A DNA stretch of 64,000 nt, from positions 960,001-1,024,000 of the forward strand of contig OZ241329.1 of the NCBI GenBank assembly GCA_965199825.1, written 5' to 3'. Below, in pieces: positions 43,702-55,529 of the stretch. The position numbers were made by a program, and so were the translations under genes. The DNA is from Bdellovibrionales bacterium. GTDB taxonomy: Bacteria > Bdellovibrionota > Bdellovibrionia > Bdellovibrionales > UBA1609. The notes under the pieces are model-generated. The model was not told where the DNA came from and made no database searches. It was given only the letters and a program-made list of their open reading frames with translations. Each line of letters begins with the position of its first letter. The stretch's first letter is position 1.

Positions 43702-44463
43702 ATGATGTTTTTAGTTTTTATTCTCGCAACTTGGGCCGCCGACATTTCGGTGGCCGAGAGAGCTCAAAAATTATTGCTCAATGGGGATCGCAGTGCTGCA
43801 ACTCAAATTTTGGTTGCAGCTGCTAAAAAAGATCCGAAATATAAAACTCTATTAAAAAATGTGACCCAAGAATTTATTACTGAGCAAGGTCAAAGGCTTT
43901 ATCAGCTTGGGCTCTCTCTTGAATTCACAAATCCCCAACTCGCTGCCCAACGTTTAAGTGAAGCTTTAAAATTAGAAGATCAAAATCAGTTGATCTTAGC
44001 CGCACTTGCTCGCGTGTTGATTGGGCTTAAGCGATGCGATGAAGCAAAAACCGATTTAACCAAGTCCCTTAAACTAAACCCTTTTGATACTTCACTCATC
44101 GAGTGGCAATTTCGCAGTTCATTGTGTCTCAATGATAAAGAATCGGCTAAAGCCCAGATCAAACTTCTTGAAAAAGAAGATCTTGCGGCTTGGAGAATCA
44201 AGTGGCTTCGATTTAAGTTGCAACCCAGCGATCGCTCACTCCTCGAACAGATCAGCCGCGAGGCGCCGTCTTTTCCAGAAGCGATTTATCTGTTATGGAA
44301 AATGACAAAGCCACTGAGCGGTGCGCGAGAAGATTTAGCAAGACGATACGTAGCTCTTTGTAAGAGTCTATCGGTGCAGGCTAAGGCTGATTTTAGTTTT
44401 GAACCCGAATTGTGTTTACATACCGAGGAGCTCTTAAGCTCGGAAGAGGACAATGAAAAATAA
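43702..44463 (+). CDS. Exported TPR-like hypothetical protein
   Basis: Short signal peptide, helical repeats, several Cys. Confidence 0.65.
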   Translation: MMFLVFILATWAADISVAERAQKLLLNGDRSAATQILVAAAKKDPKYKTLLKNVTQEFITEQGQRLYQLGLSLEFTNPQLAAQRLSEALKLEDQNQLILAALARVLIGLKRCDEAKTDLTKSLKLNPFDTSLIEWQFRSSLCLNDKESAKAQIKLLEKEDLAAWRIKWLRFKLQPSDRSLLEQISREAPSFPEAIYLLWKMTKPLSGAREDLARRYVALCKSLSVQAKADFSFEPELCLHTEELLSSEEDNEK

Positions 44464-44635
44464 ATTTTTGGGCCTGATGGTTTTGTTATCTGGATGCGGA
44501 ATAAAGGGCGATCCGCTGCCGCCCGATCAACCTCCCGCTTTGAGCCGCAGTCGGACCCTGATGCAAAAATCAAAAGAGATGAAAGATCTTCCGGCACTTC
44601 CCCCAGTAAAAGAAGACGAGGAAAAAGAAGAATGA
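44453..44635 (+). CDS. Small lipoprotein (YifL/LptM-like CGxKG motif)
   Basis: LLSGCGIKGDPLPP; sits before lysine-pathway genes. Confidence 0.7.
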   Translation: MKNKFLGLMVLLSGCGIKGDPLPPDQPPALSRSRTLMQKSKEMKDLPALPPVKEDEEKEE

Positions 44636-45480
44636 ACGAAGGTATAATTACGGCGCTCTGCACTCCTTTTAAAAAAGGCCAAGTGGACGTCGATTCATAT
44701 AAAAAAATAATTGGCCATCAGCTTGAAGCAAAAATTAATGGGCTGGTGATTGGCGGAACCACGGGTGAAAGCCCCACCGTCACCATAGAAGAACTAAAAA
44801 ACTTGGTTGGAATCGCCAAAGCAGAGGTTTCAAAACAAGCACCAGTGATTGTGGGTACGGGCACAAATTCCACAGCCACAACCATCGAAAAAACTTTACT
44901 TGCACAGTCTTGGGGTGCAGATGCGGCGTTGATCGTTGTGCCCTATTATAATCGGCCGCCCCAAAAAGGATTGATTGCCCATTTTTTGGCGATTCGCGAT
45001 GCCACCAAAATTCCAATTATTTTATACAATGTGCCCTCACGCACAGGGGCTGGATTTGAGGTCGATACGATTCAAAAATTAAGCGGCGAAGATCGTATCA
45101 TTGGACTTAAAGAGGCCACCGGAGATCTTAAATTTCTTGAGCAGATCAAAAAATCAGTGCCGCAGAATTTTTTGTTATGGAGTGGTGACGACGGCACTGC
45201 CGAAGAATTTTGTGAGCGCGGGGGACATGGAGCGATTTCTGTTTTGTCGCATGTGATTCCAAACCAAATGGTACAAATGTATAGCAAAAAAACCAGCATC
45301 AAAAAATTTAGTCAGCTCAACGATTTATTATTTAAGGAATCAAATCCGATTCCCCTAAAGACCGTTTTATTTTTAATGAAATTGATTTCATCTCCCGAGA
45401 TGCGACTGCCTCTGGTTCCTGCAAGCTCTGAACTGACAGAGCAGCTTCAAGCTGAGTTGCAAAAATTGGAGTTGATGTGA
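44632..45480 (+). CDS. dapA: 4-hydroxy-tetrahydrodipicolinate synthase
   Basis: GTTGES, PYYN, LYNVPSRTG, GLKEA, SGDD, NPIPLK. Confidence 0.96.
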   Translation: MNEGIITALCTPFKKGQVDVDSYKKIIGHQLEAKINGLVIGGTTGESPTVTIEELKNLVGIAKAEVSKQAPVIVGTGTNSTATTIEKTLLAQSWGADAALIVVPYYNRPPQKGLIAHFLAIRDATKIPIILYNVPSRTGAGFEVDTIQKLSGEDRIIGLKEATGDLKFLEQIKKSVPQNFLLWSGDDGTAEEFCERGGHGAISVLSHVIPNQMVQMYSKKTSIKKFSQLNDLLFKESNPIPLKTVLFLMKLISSPEMRLPLVPASSELTEQLQAELQKLELM

Positions 45481-46160
45481 TTCGGGTTGCGGTGGTTGGT
45501 GCAAATGGAAAGATGGGCAAAGACCTTATTGATCTGATTGAGAGCGACGACAATTTTACGGTGGCGGCCGCAGTGGCTCGTGCAAAAACCGATAAGACAA
45601 TAAGACTCAAAGATCTTAAAGCCGATGATATCGATGGAGTTATTGATTTTTCGGTGGCCGAAAATATTGGCGAAGTTTTAGAAACTTGCGCACGCCTCAA
45701 AAAACCTGCGGTGATTGCGACCACCGGATTTCAAACTTCGCCCCAAGCTGTGCTAGAAAAAGCGGCCTTGAGTATTCCGGTATTGTGGTCCCCCAATATG
45801 AGTTTGGGAATTGCTTATCTGCAAATGGCAATTTCACATTTGAATTTGCTTAAAGGTTTTGATTTTCAGATTGAAGAAGTTCATCACACCAAAAAGCGAG
45901 ATGCTCCGAGTGGAACAGGGCTTTTTTTGCAAACCGCTTTAAAGCAGGCCGTCGATCGCGAGCCTCCTCCTGTGATTTCAATCCGTGCCGGAAATATTTT
46001 TGGTATTCATAAAGTGATGGGGTTTGGCCCAGAGGAAACCGTGACTCTCGAACATCAAGCTCTTAATCGCCGTGTGTTTTCGCGCGGGTCTTTGAGTGCG
46101 CTTAAGTGGCTTGTTCATCAGCCACCAAAACTTTATATGATGGCAGATATTTTTCGATGA
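45477..46160 (+). CDS. dapB: 4-hydroxy-tetrahydrodipicolinate reductase
   Basis: GANGKMG, IDFS, PNMSLG, EVHHTKKRDAPSGT. Confidence 0.96.
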   Translation: MIRVAVVGANGKMGKDLIDLIESDDNFTVAAAVARAKTDKTIRLKDLKADDIDGVIDFSVAENIGEVLETCARLKKPAVIATTGFQTSPQAVLEKAALSIPVLWSPNMSLGIAYLQMAISHLNLLKGFDFQIEEVHHTKKRDAPSGTGLFLQTALKQAVDREPPPVISIRAGNIFGIHKVMGFGPEETVTLEHQALNRRVFSRGSLSALKWLVHQPPKLYMMADIFR

Positions 46161-46681
46161 GTGTGCCGGTATTGATCGGCACAAAATGTTTTAATAGCGA
46201 CGGCATTGCGGTATTAAAATTAATTGTTCAACAGCTCCCATTGAGTATGGAGCTTAAAGGTTTATCTTCGGTTTACCGCATCGAAGGTTCAAGACCTACT
46301 CCGCGCCACATTCATGATCTCAACCGGGTAAGCAGTTATTCCGGTTTGAGTGTTTGTTTTCGCGGGACAACCTTGCTTTCGGCCATCGAATTTATGGACC
46401 GGTTGATTTTACTCGAAGAGAGTCTAAAAAATGAGCTGATGCGTCGGAGTGCGAGTATTAATCTTTTGGTTTATGGTGAGCATGCGTTGATGACGCCACT
46501 TCTCACATTGCCCCATCCTGAATTTCATCTTTCTCCAGAGCAACTGATTCCTGCTGCAGAAGTGTGGCCTGAATACATTCATCCTGTTTTAAACGTAAAG
46601 ATTCAATCCTTGGTTCCCGAGCTTGTATCTGAAAATAAAGTGGAGTTCTTCGCACAAGGGAAAACCCTGCTTGATTTTTAA
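46157..46681 (+). CDS. Divergent FolK/HPPK-like protein
   Basis: LSSVY, LLVYG, LTLPHP, LIPAAEVWPEYIHPVL resemble HPPK; catalytic DxD absent. Confidence 0.65.
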   Translation: MSVPVLIGTKCFNSDGIAVLKLIVQQLPLSMELKGLSSVYRIEGSRPTPRHIHDLNRVSSYSGLSVCFRGTTLLSAIEFMDRLILLEESLKNELMRRSASINLLVYGEHALMTPLLTLPHPEFHLSPEQLIPAAEVWPEYIHPVLNVKIQSLVPELVSENKVEFFAQGKTLLDF

Positions 46682-46705
46682 CTTTTCAAAACATAAACCC
46701 GTAGT

Positions 46706-47350
46706 ATGAAGTTTTATATCGATAGCGCAGATATTGAAGAGATCCGACAAGCCAATCGTCGAGGTTGGGTTGACGGGGTAACCACTAATCCTACACTCAT
46801 TGCGAAAACGGGCCGGCGTCACCATGATGTGATCAAAGACATTTGCCAAGAAGTGAATGGTCTTGTGTCAGCCGAAGTGATCAGCATGGATTTTGAATCG
46901 ATGATGCGCGAGGGATACGAACTCGCAAAGCTTCATGACAATGTTGTTGTCAAAATCCCTATGTGTGACGATGGCTTAATGGCGGTTCGAAAATTGGCGA
47001 GTGAAGGAATTAAGACCAATGTGACTTTGGTCTTCTCACCTCTGCAGGCTTTGTTAGTGGCTAAAGCGGGCGCAACCCTTGTTTCACCTTTCGTTGGTCG
47101 CCTCGATGATGTGGGCTACAATGGTATGCAACTGATTGAGCAAATGGTTCAGATATTTCAAAATTATGATTTCCAGACCAAAGTCTTGGTGGCGAGTGTT
47201 CGTCATCCAGTACATATCCTCGACTCGGCCTTGGTCTCGGCAGATATCGTGACGATTCCGTTTAAGGTTATGCAACAGCTCACCCAACATCCTTTGACCG
47301 ACAAAGGTATTTCTCAGTTCTTGAAAGATTCGCAAAACATGAAACAATAG
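46706..47350 (+). CDS. tal: Transaldolase (short FSA/TalC family)
   Basis: [31 protein letters not shown] (Glu/Phe pair typical of transaldolase rather than FSA). Confidence 0.9.
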   Translation: MKFYIDSADIEEIRQANRRGWVDGVTTNPTLIAKTGRRHHDVIKDICQEVNGLVSAEVISMDFESMMREGYELAKLHDNVVVKIPMCDDGLMAVRKLASEGIKTNVTLVFSPLQALLVAKAGATLVSPFVGRLDDVGYNGMQLIEQMVQIFQNYDFQTKVLVASVRHPVHILDSALVSADIVTIPFKVMQQLTQHPLTDKGISQFLKDSQNMKQ

Positions 47351-47355
47351 CCCCC

Positions 47356-47814
47356 ATGGGCCGTTGGTTTTTGTTTGGTTTTTTATTCTTTCTAGTCAGT
47401 TGCGCCACTCTGCATGGGGGTGGCGAAGTCCTCTACGGAATTGATCAACCTCTTATTGATTTACAAAAGCTTTCCGAAAGCGTGCTGCCAATGGGTAAGC
47501 GCACGATCTCCTCGAATGGTCGAGAGATCTTGTCTAATTATTTTCATTTGGTCGATGGACGAATTGTTGCGGGCGATCGAGCTCCCGAGCGGTTTTATGC
47601 CCATGTGATTATTTTGGGAGACCAGCGGCCGTATACGATTGAAGTGATCGTTCATCGCGAGCGTCGTGTGGCAAGTTCTGGAGAACTCTCGCCCCGTTAT
47701 GACGAGGTCGCGGTGGATCAGAGACTTGCAAAGGTGTTTGCCAAGCGACTCAATAACAACCTCTCCAAACGTCGCGAAGACCGAAGCATCATTGACGATT
47801 TTCGAGTGTTCTAA
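47356..47814 (+). CDS. Hypothetical lipoprotein
   Basis: FFLVSC lipobox. Confidence 0.7.
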   Translation: MGRWFLFGFLFFLVSCATLHGGGEVLYGIDQPLIDLQKLSESVLPMGKRTISSNGREILSNYFHLVDGRIVAGDRAPERFYAHVIILGDQRPYTIEVIVHRERRVASSGELSPRYDEVAVDQRLAKVFAKRLNNNLSKRREDRSIIDDFRVF

Positions 47815-47831
47815 CTATAGTTAGACCAACT

Positions 47832-49799
47832 ATGAAACAGCTCCTTGTTTTTGCCACAATTATTTTATTTCCAAGCGTGTTGGCAAAGCTGGATGATCGT
47901 GGAGTATCCCAGCGCAAATTTGTGATTCGGGTTGAGGGACTTTCCCCCGCAGTGGCCGCTTTTCAGGACATCAAAAAAATTTCCAATCGATTTGCACAAA
48001 TCAACTGGTCAGAAGGAAAGTGGATTCCGCTTCACTCAGGCAACGCAGCTCATTTCGAAAAATATTTTTATAAAGAAGCTCCAGCAAAACATGTTGAGCC
48101 CGGATTGCGACTTTCTCGTCTCACCATCAAGGCGCCTCATGTTGAACGCACAACGGTTGCTCAACTGGATGAAGTCAAACCCATGCCGCTCAATTTTGAG
48201 CCCGCTCTATACAACAAGCAGGGTGACTTGTTGCCGCTGGAAGATCGAAAAAAGAAAATTCTAGATTTTTATGCGGCTCAACCCATCGAGCCTGATGTGA
48301 GTTTGAGCCAGCGCGCGAAGCCATTGATCGAAGAAAGTTTGGCTAAAAACAAAAAAAGTTTACGCCCACTTTCGATCAGTGGACAATTGCAAATGGCAGA
48401 TGGACTGGCATTTATGGGGCCATCCACCGAAATCCGATTAAACCATACCGTGCGCGGAAAACTTTTGGGTCATGGTTATGTCAATGTGGCGGAAGGACGA
48501 TTTGATATCGCGGTTCAGTCGCAAGAAGGCTATCTCGAAGCCGAATTGTATAACGAAAAGCATCAGGTGATTGGTCGCGCCGATTATGATTTGTCTTTAT
48601 TGCCGGCACTCTCGGCGCATCATATCAAATCCAGCGGAATCTTATTAAAACTTAAGCCGGTGTCCGAGCGACCCACAGTCTCTCTTGTTTCGGCCTACTC
48701 GTTTGATTCGCACAAAATGCCCATCGAAAAGCCCGAAGTTGCGATCGATCAAATGAAGCTTTCAAAAAATGAAGATGGTGAATTCACTGCCGATCAGTTT
48801 CACCCTGCATCGATGTTTGTGACTCATGCGGTTGCCAAAAATTATTGGGGAAGCCTAGCCGTGGGCCTTGGGAATTCGCCCACAGAGATCGAGCTCTTTC
48901 CTAAAAAAATGGTTTCGGCACTTTTAAATCTCACTCTTGGAGATGTGGACCAAAAAAAATCGATTGTTTGGGGCCGGGTGATCGATCACCGGGGCCGCCC
49001 TCTTTCGGGCGCAACGGTTGAGCTTGCAGGTGATTCGCAATCAAAAATTGTTTACTTTAATAATAACTTTTTGCCAGACACCCAGTTCCACCAGACCTCG
49101 GCCACAGGTTGGTATGCTTTTGTAAACGTGGCGCCAGGAACTCATTCGATTCGGGCTCGATATGATGGCCAATTTATTCCTTCACAAACCCTGCCTGCTG
49201 AACCTGGCTTTGTCTCGTATGCTCTATTGCAAATGAGCCAACCAAAGACTGCGGCTGTTTTGGTGCAGGATGCGTTTGATCCCAATGTTCAGCTAGAGAG
49301 TGCCTTGCATGTCTTGGGAGCCGATATCGATCTTGATATTTCGGGCCAAGGGCAGCTGCGCTATCCCTCGGGCAACAACACCATGTTGATTGAGGTCAAT
49401 GCCGGTGAAGAATTTGAAACCTCACGGTTTACAACTTCACGCCAAGTGAAAGATTTAAAATTTCCGATGATTAAAAAAGATTGGATCTCGGGTTTAACAG
49501 GTCAAATGCGTTTGAGTGTAGATCCCGTTTTGAGTCGCATGGCCGGTTTTGTGGCAAGTTCCGACTTTGTGGTTGAGCTCGAGCGCGATGGACGACCTCT
49601 ACAATCAAATATTGTTTACTTCAATTCGCAAGGTCACCAGTCTGTGGGACGTGTAGGTGAAGCGGGCGGCGGATTCTTAATTTTAAATGTAGAACCAGGC
49701 CCAGTAAATCTCATCGTTCGACTTACGAATTCAAATCAAACGTTTTATCAAACTCGTTATGTGGATTCGGATTTTTTAGACGTCGCTCTGGTGCCTTGA
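47832..49799 (+). CDS. Exported beta-rich hypothetical protein with a carboxypeptidase-regulatory-like domain
   Basis: Signal peptide; VWGRVIDHRGRPLSGATVEL...TSATGWYAFVNVAPG. Confidence 0.7.
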   Translation: MKQLLVFATIILFPSVLAKLDDRGVSQRKFVIRVEGLSPAVAAFQDIKKISNRFAQINWSEGKWIPLHSGNAAHFEKYFYKEAPAKHVEPGLRLSRLTIKAPHVERTTVAQLDEVKPMPLNFEPALYNKQGDLLPLEDRKKKILDFYAAQPIEPDVSLSQRAKPLIEESLAKNKKSLRPLSISGQLQMADGLAFMGPSTEIRLNHTVRGKLLGHGYVNVAEGRFDIAVQSQEGYLEAELYNEKHQVIGRADYDLSLLPALSAHHIKSSGILLKLKPVSERPTVSLVSAYSFDSHKMPIEKPEVAIDQMKLSKNEDGEFTADQFHPASMFVTHAVAKNYWGSLAVGLGNSPTEIELFPKKMVSALLNLTLGDVDQKKSIVWGRVIDHRGRPLSGATVELAGDSQSKIVYFNNNFLPDTQFHQTSATGWYAFVNVAPGTHSIRARYDGQFIPSQTLPAEPGFVSYALLQMSQPKTAAVLVQDAFDPNVQLESALHVLGADIDLDISGQGQLRYPSGNNTMLIEVNAGEEFETSRFTTSRQVKDLKFPMIKKDWISGLTGQMRLSVDPVLSRMAGFVASSDFVVELERDGRPLQSNIVYFNSQGHQSVGRVGEAGGGFLILNVEPGPVNLIVRLTNSNQTFYQTRYVDSDFLDVALVP

Positions 49800-51295
49800 G
49801 TTTGCCAAACTAAACCTTGGCTCACACCTGATAGCCACTGACCACTTCCAACTGGAAGATGAAGTTCGTAGCCCTTTGGCAATACCGCATGTTTAGCAAT
49901 CGCGTGTTTCAAATCTAAATTGAATTGCAAAAACTTTTCGGTCGAAAGATTCGACATTTGAATCAGTTCATCCACATTCATGCGGCGATTAAGAACAACC
50001 GCTTCGCGTTCATGAAGTCCGGGTTTGGCAAGAGTTGGAAACACCACTTCTTGATATTTTTCGGCATAAAGGGCTGCAAGAAAACAGGTAAAGAAGTTGC
50101 TGCTTGCAAACTTAAAATCGCCGGTATGATTGCGCTCAATAATTGTTGCAAGATCCTCAGAGCGGGCATGGCGAATGGCCACTTGGATATTGCCAATCCC
50201 ATTGTTATAGCTGGTAACAGCAAGAGGCCAAGACTTGAGAGCATGATGATAAGTTTTAAAAATATAGGCCGCAACTCGAGTGGCTTTAAGAGGAGCATTT
50301 CTCTCATCGATAAAATCGTTCACCAATAAATAAGCTTTGCCGGTCTTTGGCATAATTTGCCACACACCACTTGCGCCCACTTTGCTTTCGGCTTTTTCGT
50401 TAAAGCTGCTCTCCACTAGAGGAAGTCTTGAGAGTTCGGCGGGCACTCCGCGGCTGCGCATCTCTTCTTCCATATAGGGAAGATATTGCGCGCTATTACG
50501 AAGTCCACTGATATAAAAATCACGCTGACCCAATTGCTTTCGAACACTTTGGTAGGCGAGCTGAAACACTTTTCGTCTTGGCCCTGGAAGGGGCGCTAAT
50601 TTACTCACCAAATCAGCTTCAACAATCGAGAGATTTTCATAGGAGGTTCTACGGCTTAATTTGTACAGGGCATTTGTGATTTCGCCGAGCTCACGTTTTG
50701 CTTGGATATTCCCACGCTCACGACGAAGCCACTCGGGGCCCTTGGTCGACATCATTGGGGTTGTATCAACCACACGATAAATGATCCATGGAAAGCGATC
50801 GTGATGGATCACATGAACGAGCGAAGAGTATTTCGTATAAATATCAAACCAAAACGCCACGCGCTTTCTTAATGAATCAGGAATCTGAAATTCAGGCGAA
50901 ATTCGGTGCAGCGGATCTGCCAAAACAGTTTCGGTTTTAACAATAAGTGGTTGGGCTTGTTCGATCGCAGGCGCTTTTAAGACCGCATCGGTTGTCATGT
51001 ACGAAGGTTGAATATTTGGAGCTGGGACAACGCGAAGATCAAGACTTTCAACAACCACAGGTTTTTTGAAATGGCTCATCGCTTGGATTGCCATTTCTTG
51101 AAAAAGTTCGCGCGCGGGAGCCGAAACTGTTTCTAGATTCGCCGGTTTAAAATAGAATATCGCAGCGAGAAGACTGAGCAAAGTCACAAAACTAAGGCAC
51201 GCCAAAAACGCAAAAATATTGGCGATCAAAGAGTCTGGTTGCTCAATCACGTGGATGATCACGCGCTCGTGCTTTGTTTTTTGGGGGAGAATCAT
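49757..51295 (-). CDS. Lytic transglycosylase (SLT/MltD-like)
   Basis: LVESSFN catalytic Glu, GASGVWQIMPKTG, TSYNNG; N-terminal TM. Confidence 0.92.
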   Translation of the reverse strand: MILPQKTKHERVIIHVIEQPDSLIANIFAFLACLSFVTLLSLLAAIFYFKPANLETVSAPARELFQEMAIQAMSHFKKPVVVESLDLRVVPAPNIQPSYMTTDAVLKAPAIEQAQPLIVKTETVLADPLHRISPEFQIPDSLRKRVAFWFDIYTKYSSLVHVIHHDRFPWIIYRVVDTTPMMSTKGPEWLRRERGNIQAKRELGEITNALYKLSRRTSYENLSIVEADLVSKLAPLPGPRRKVFQLAYQSVRKQLGQRDFYISGLRNSAQYLPYMEEEMRSRGVPAELSRLPLVESSFNEKAESKVGASGVWQIMPKTGKAYLLVNDFIDERNAPLKATRVAAYIFKTYHHALKSWPLAVTSYNNGIGNIQVAIRHARSEDLATIIERNHTGDFKFASSNFFTCFLAALYAEKYQEVVFPTLAKPGLHEREAVVLNRRMNVDELIQMSNLSTEKFLQFNLDLKHAIAKHAVLPKGYELHLPVGSGQWLSGVSQGLVWQTQGTRATSKKSEST

Positions 51296-51307
51296 AAATC
51301 TTACTGG

Positions 51308-51361
51308 AGCAAGATCAATACCTTTGCGAAGTAAATAAAATCTTGCGATTTCAGGTAGTTA
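51308..51361 (-). promoter_or_regulatory. Putative sigma54 promoter with IHF-like site for the transglycosylase
   Basis: Minus strand AGGTATTGATCTTGCT (GG-N10-GC) at 51308-51323; TTTCAGGTAGTTA (near WATCARN4TTR) at 51349-51361. Confidence 0.5.
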
Positions 51362-51469
51362 CATGCGTTCAAAGGTGACGAAAATTGTTCTTTTACCAAA
51401 AACAGTCGACAGGTTGCCGTGAATTGTCCTAGAGTTTGCGGATGTGATTAACGTTTCATTGGAGGACGA

Positions 51470-51664
51470 ATGGCAGAAGTTTTGGTTGTAACCAGTAAAG
51501 TAAAGAAATTTATTAAAGAAAAAGGCGGTTGCAATACCTCCTCAGAAACTGTGGATGTTTTGTCAAAAGCGGTAGAGGCTCTTTGCCAACGCGGCATCGA
51601 TAGCGCAAAAGCTGACGGACGCAAAACCGTAATGGCTCGTGATATCGGTATTGAACACCTATAA
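51470..51664 (+). CDS. Bacterial histone-fold protein (Bd0055/HBb-like)
   Basis: 64 aa MAEVLVVTSKVKKFIKEKG...AKADGRKTVMARDI with the histone L2 RKTVxxxD motif; GGAGG RBS. Confidence 0.93.
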   Translation: MAEVLVVTSKVKKFIKEKGGCNTSSETVDVLSKAVEALCQRGIDSAKADGRKTVMARDIGIEHL

Positions 51665-51691
51665 AATTAGTAACTCTCAAAGTTAAAAATG

Positions 51692-51717
51692 GGCTAAGAA
51701 AACTCTTAGCCTTTTTT

Positions 51718-51719
<2 letters not shown>
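51692..51719 (+). terminator. Intrinsic terminator of the histone gene
   Basis: GGCTAAGA-AAAC-TCTTAGCC followed by T8. Confidence 0.88.
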
Positions 51720-53754
<2,035 letters not shown>

Positions 53755-53785
53755 TTACAAGAATAGCTTCTTGAAGGAGATCATT

Positions 53786-54067
53786 GTGATTGGGACTGAG
53801 GAAGTAGAAAAAGTGGCGAGTCTAGCTCGGCTAAAACTTGAGCAAACCGAAAAAGAAAAGTTCGCCCAGCAGCTGTCGGCAATATTAAAATCATTTGAGC
53901 AATTGGCCGAGATTGATACCAAAGGGGTTGAACCCTTGATCACGCCCTCGCCCACCGAACCTTGGCTGCGTGAAGATGACGTGACCGAAAACATGGGGGC
54001 AGAGGCTGCGCTCAAAAATGCGCCCGAAAAAAGCGGCAACCTATTTAAAGTTCCGCCGGTGGTTTAA
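53786..54067 (+). CDS. gatC: Asp/Glu-tRNA amidotransferase subunit C
   Basis: VASLARL, LREDDV, NAP...FKVPPVV; AAGGAG RBS then GTG. Confidence 0.95.
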   Translation: MIGTEEVEKVASLARLKLEQTEKEKFAQQLSAILKSFEQLAEIDTKGVEPLITPSPTEPWLREDDVTENMGAEAALKNAPEKSGNLFKVPPVV

Positions 54068-54068
54068 A

Positions 54069-55529
54069 ATGGAAATATTAAAAAGCACTCTCAAAGAATT
54101 AAAAACTGCTCTTGATAAAAAAGAAATCTCTGCAGTTGAAGTGACCCAAACGTATCTCAAGCAAATCGAAAAATTAAATCCCAATATCAATGCCTTTATC
54201 AGTGTGAGCGACAAAGCTTTAGACAACGCAAAACTCTCTGATCAAAAAAAAGATCGCGGCCCGCTTGAGGGGATTCCAATCGGAATCAAAGATATGTTGT
54301 GCACCAAAGATTTGAAAACCACCGCAGGTTCAAAAATATTAGAAAACTTTGTTCCCACCTACTCGGCCACCGTGGTCGAAAAACTTGAAGGTGCGGGAGC
54401 GATCACGATCGGTAAATGTAACCAAGATGAATTTGCGATGGGTTCAAGCAATGAGACCTCTTATTTTGGGCCAACAAAAAATCCATGGAATACCGATCAT
54501 GTTCCTGGAGGATCCAGTGGAGGCTCGGCCGCAGCGGTGGCCGGAGCAATGTGTGCCGCATCGATCGGAACCGACACCGGAGGATCTATTCGGCAGCCCG
54601 CAAATTTTTGTAATCTGGTTGGAGTTAAACCCACCTATGGCCGCGTGAGCCGCTATGGAATTGTGGCTTTTGCTTCAAGCCTGGATCAAGCGGGGCCTTT
54701 TACAAAAACGGTCGAAGATGCAGCGCTGGTTTTAGAAACCATATGTGGGCGAGATCCTCGCGACTCGACAACCTCTGCACAAAAAGTTCCGCAGTGGAGC
54801 AAACACCTCAATCAAAATCTGAAAGGTGTTAAAATTGGTTTACCTAAAGAATATTTTGGCGAAGGAATTTCTGACGATACCAAAAAAGCAATCGATCAAG
54901 CGATAGCGGCTGCAAAATCTGAAGGTGCCGAACTTGTGGATGTTTCGATTCCGTTATCGAGTGCAGGGGTTTCGGTTTATTATTTGGTGGCCACAAGCGA
55001 AGCTTCGAGCAATCTTGCCCGCTATGACGGGGTGAGATTTGGATTTCGCTCTGACTTTCATCAACGTGCCGCCGAGAGTCTTGAGGAATTTTATTCGCGC
55101 ACACGCGGCGAAGGTTTTGGCCAAGAAGTCAAACGTCGAATTGTCCTTGGAACTTATGCTCTTTCAAGCGGATATTACGATGCCTTTTACACTAAGGCTT
55201 GTCAGGTGCGAAGGTTGTTACGCGATCAGTTTTTGGCCGCGTTTCAAAAATGTGATGTGCTATTAAGTCCGGTGACAACATCACCCGCTTTTAAAATGGG
55301 CGAGCGTGTGGAAGATCCCTTACAAATGTATCTCAACGATATTTATACCATCTCGACAAATCTTGCGGGCATTCCTGGGATGAGTGTTCCAGCTGGATTT
55401 TCACAATCAGGATTGCCAATTGGGGTGCAGCTTTCGTCTGCCCACTTTAACGAACAACATATGCTCAACGTGGGTTATTCGATTGAGCAATCGATCAAAG
55501 CTCATTTAAAGGTGCCAAATGTCTTTTGA
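54069..55529 (+). CDS. gatA: Amidotransferase subunit A
   Basis: IKD, DEFAMGSS, PGGSSGGS, GTDTGGSIRQPA. Confidence 0.97.
   Translation: MEILKSTLKELKTALDKKEISAVEVTQTYLKQIEKLNPNINAFISVSDKALDNAKLSDQKKDRGPLEGIPIGIKDMLCTKDLKTTAGSKILENFVPTYSATVVEKLEGAGAITIGKCNQDEFAMGSSNETSYFGPTKNPWNTDHVPGGSSGGSAAAVAGAMCAASIGTDTGGSIRQPANFCNLVGVKPTYGRVSRYGIVAFASSLDQAGPFTKTVEDAALVLETICGRDPRDSTTSAQKVPQWSKHLNQNLKGVKIGLPKEYFGEGISDDTKKAIDQAIAAAKSEGAELVDVSIPLSSAGVSVYYLVATSEASSNLARYDGVRFGFRSDFHQRAAESLEEFYSRTRGEGFGQEVKRRIVLGTYALSSGYYDAFYTKACQVRRLLRDQFLAAFQKCDVLLSPVTTSPAFKMGERVEDPLQMYLNDIYTISTNLAGIPGMSVPAGFSQSGLPIGVQLSSAHFNEQHMLNVGYSIEQSIKAHLKVPNVF

Noticed and set aside
49757..49799. 43-bp convergent gene overlap as antisense regulation
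   Set aside because: Short tail overlaps are common in compact genomes; nothing else supports it
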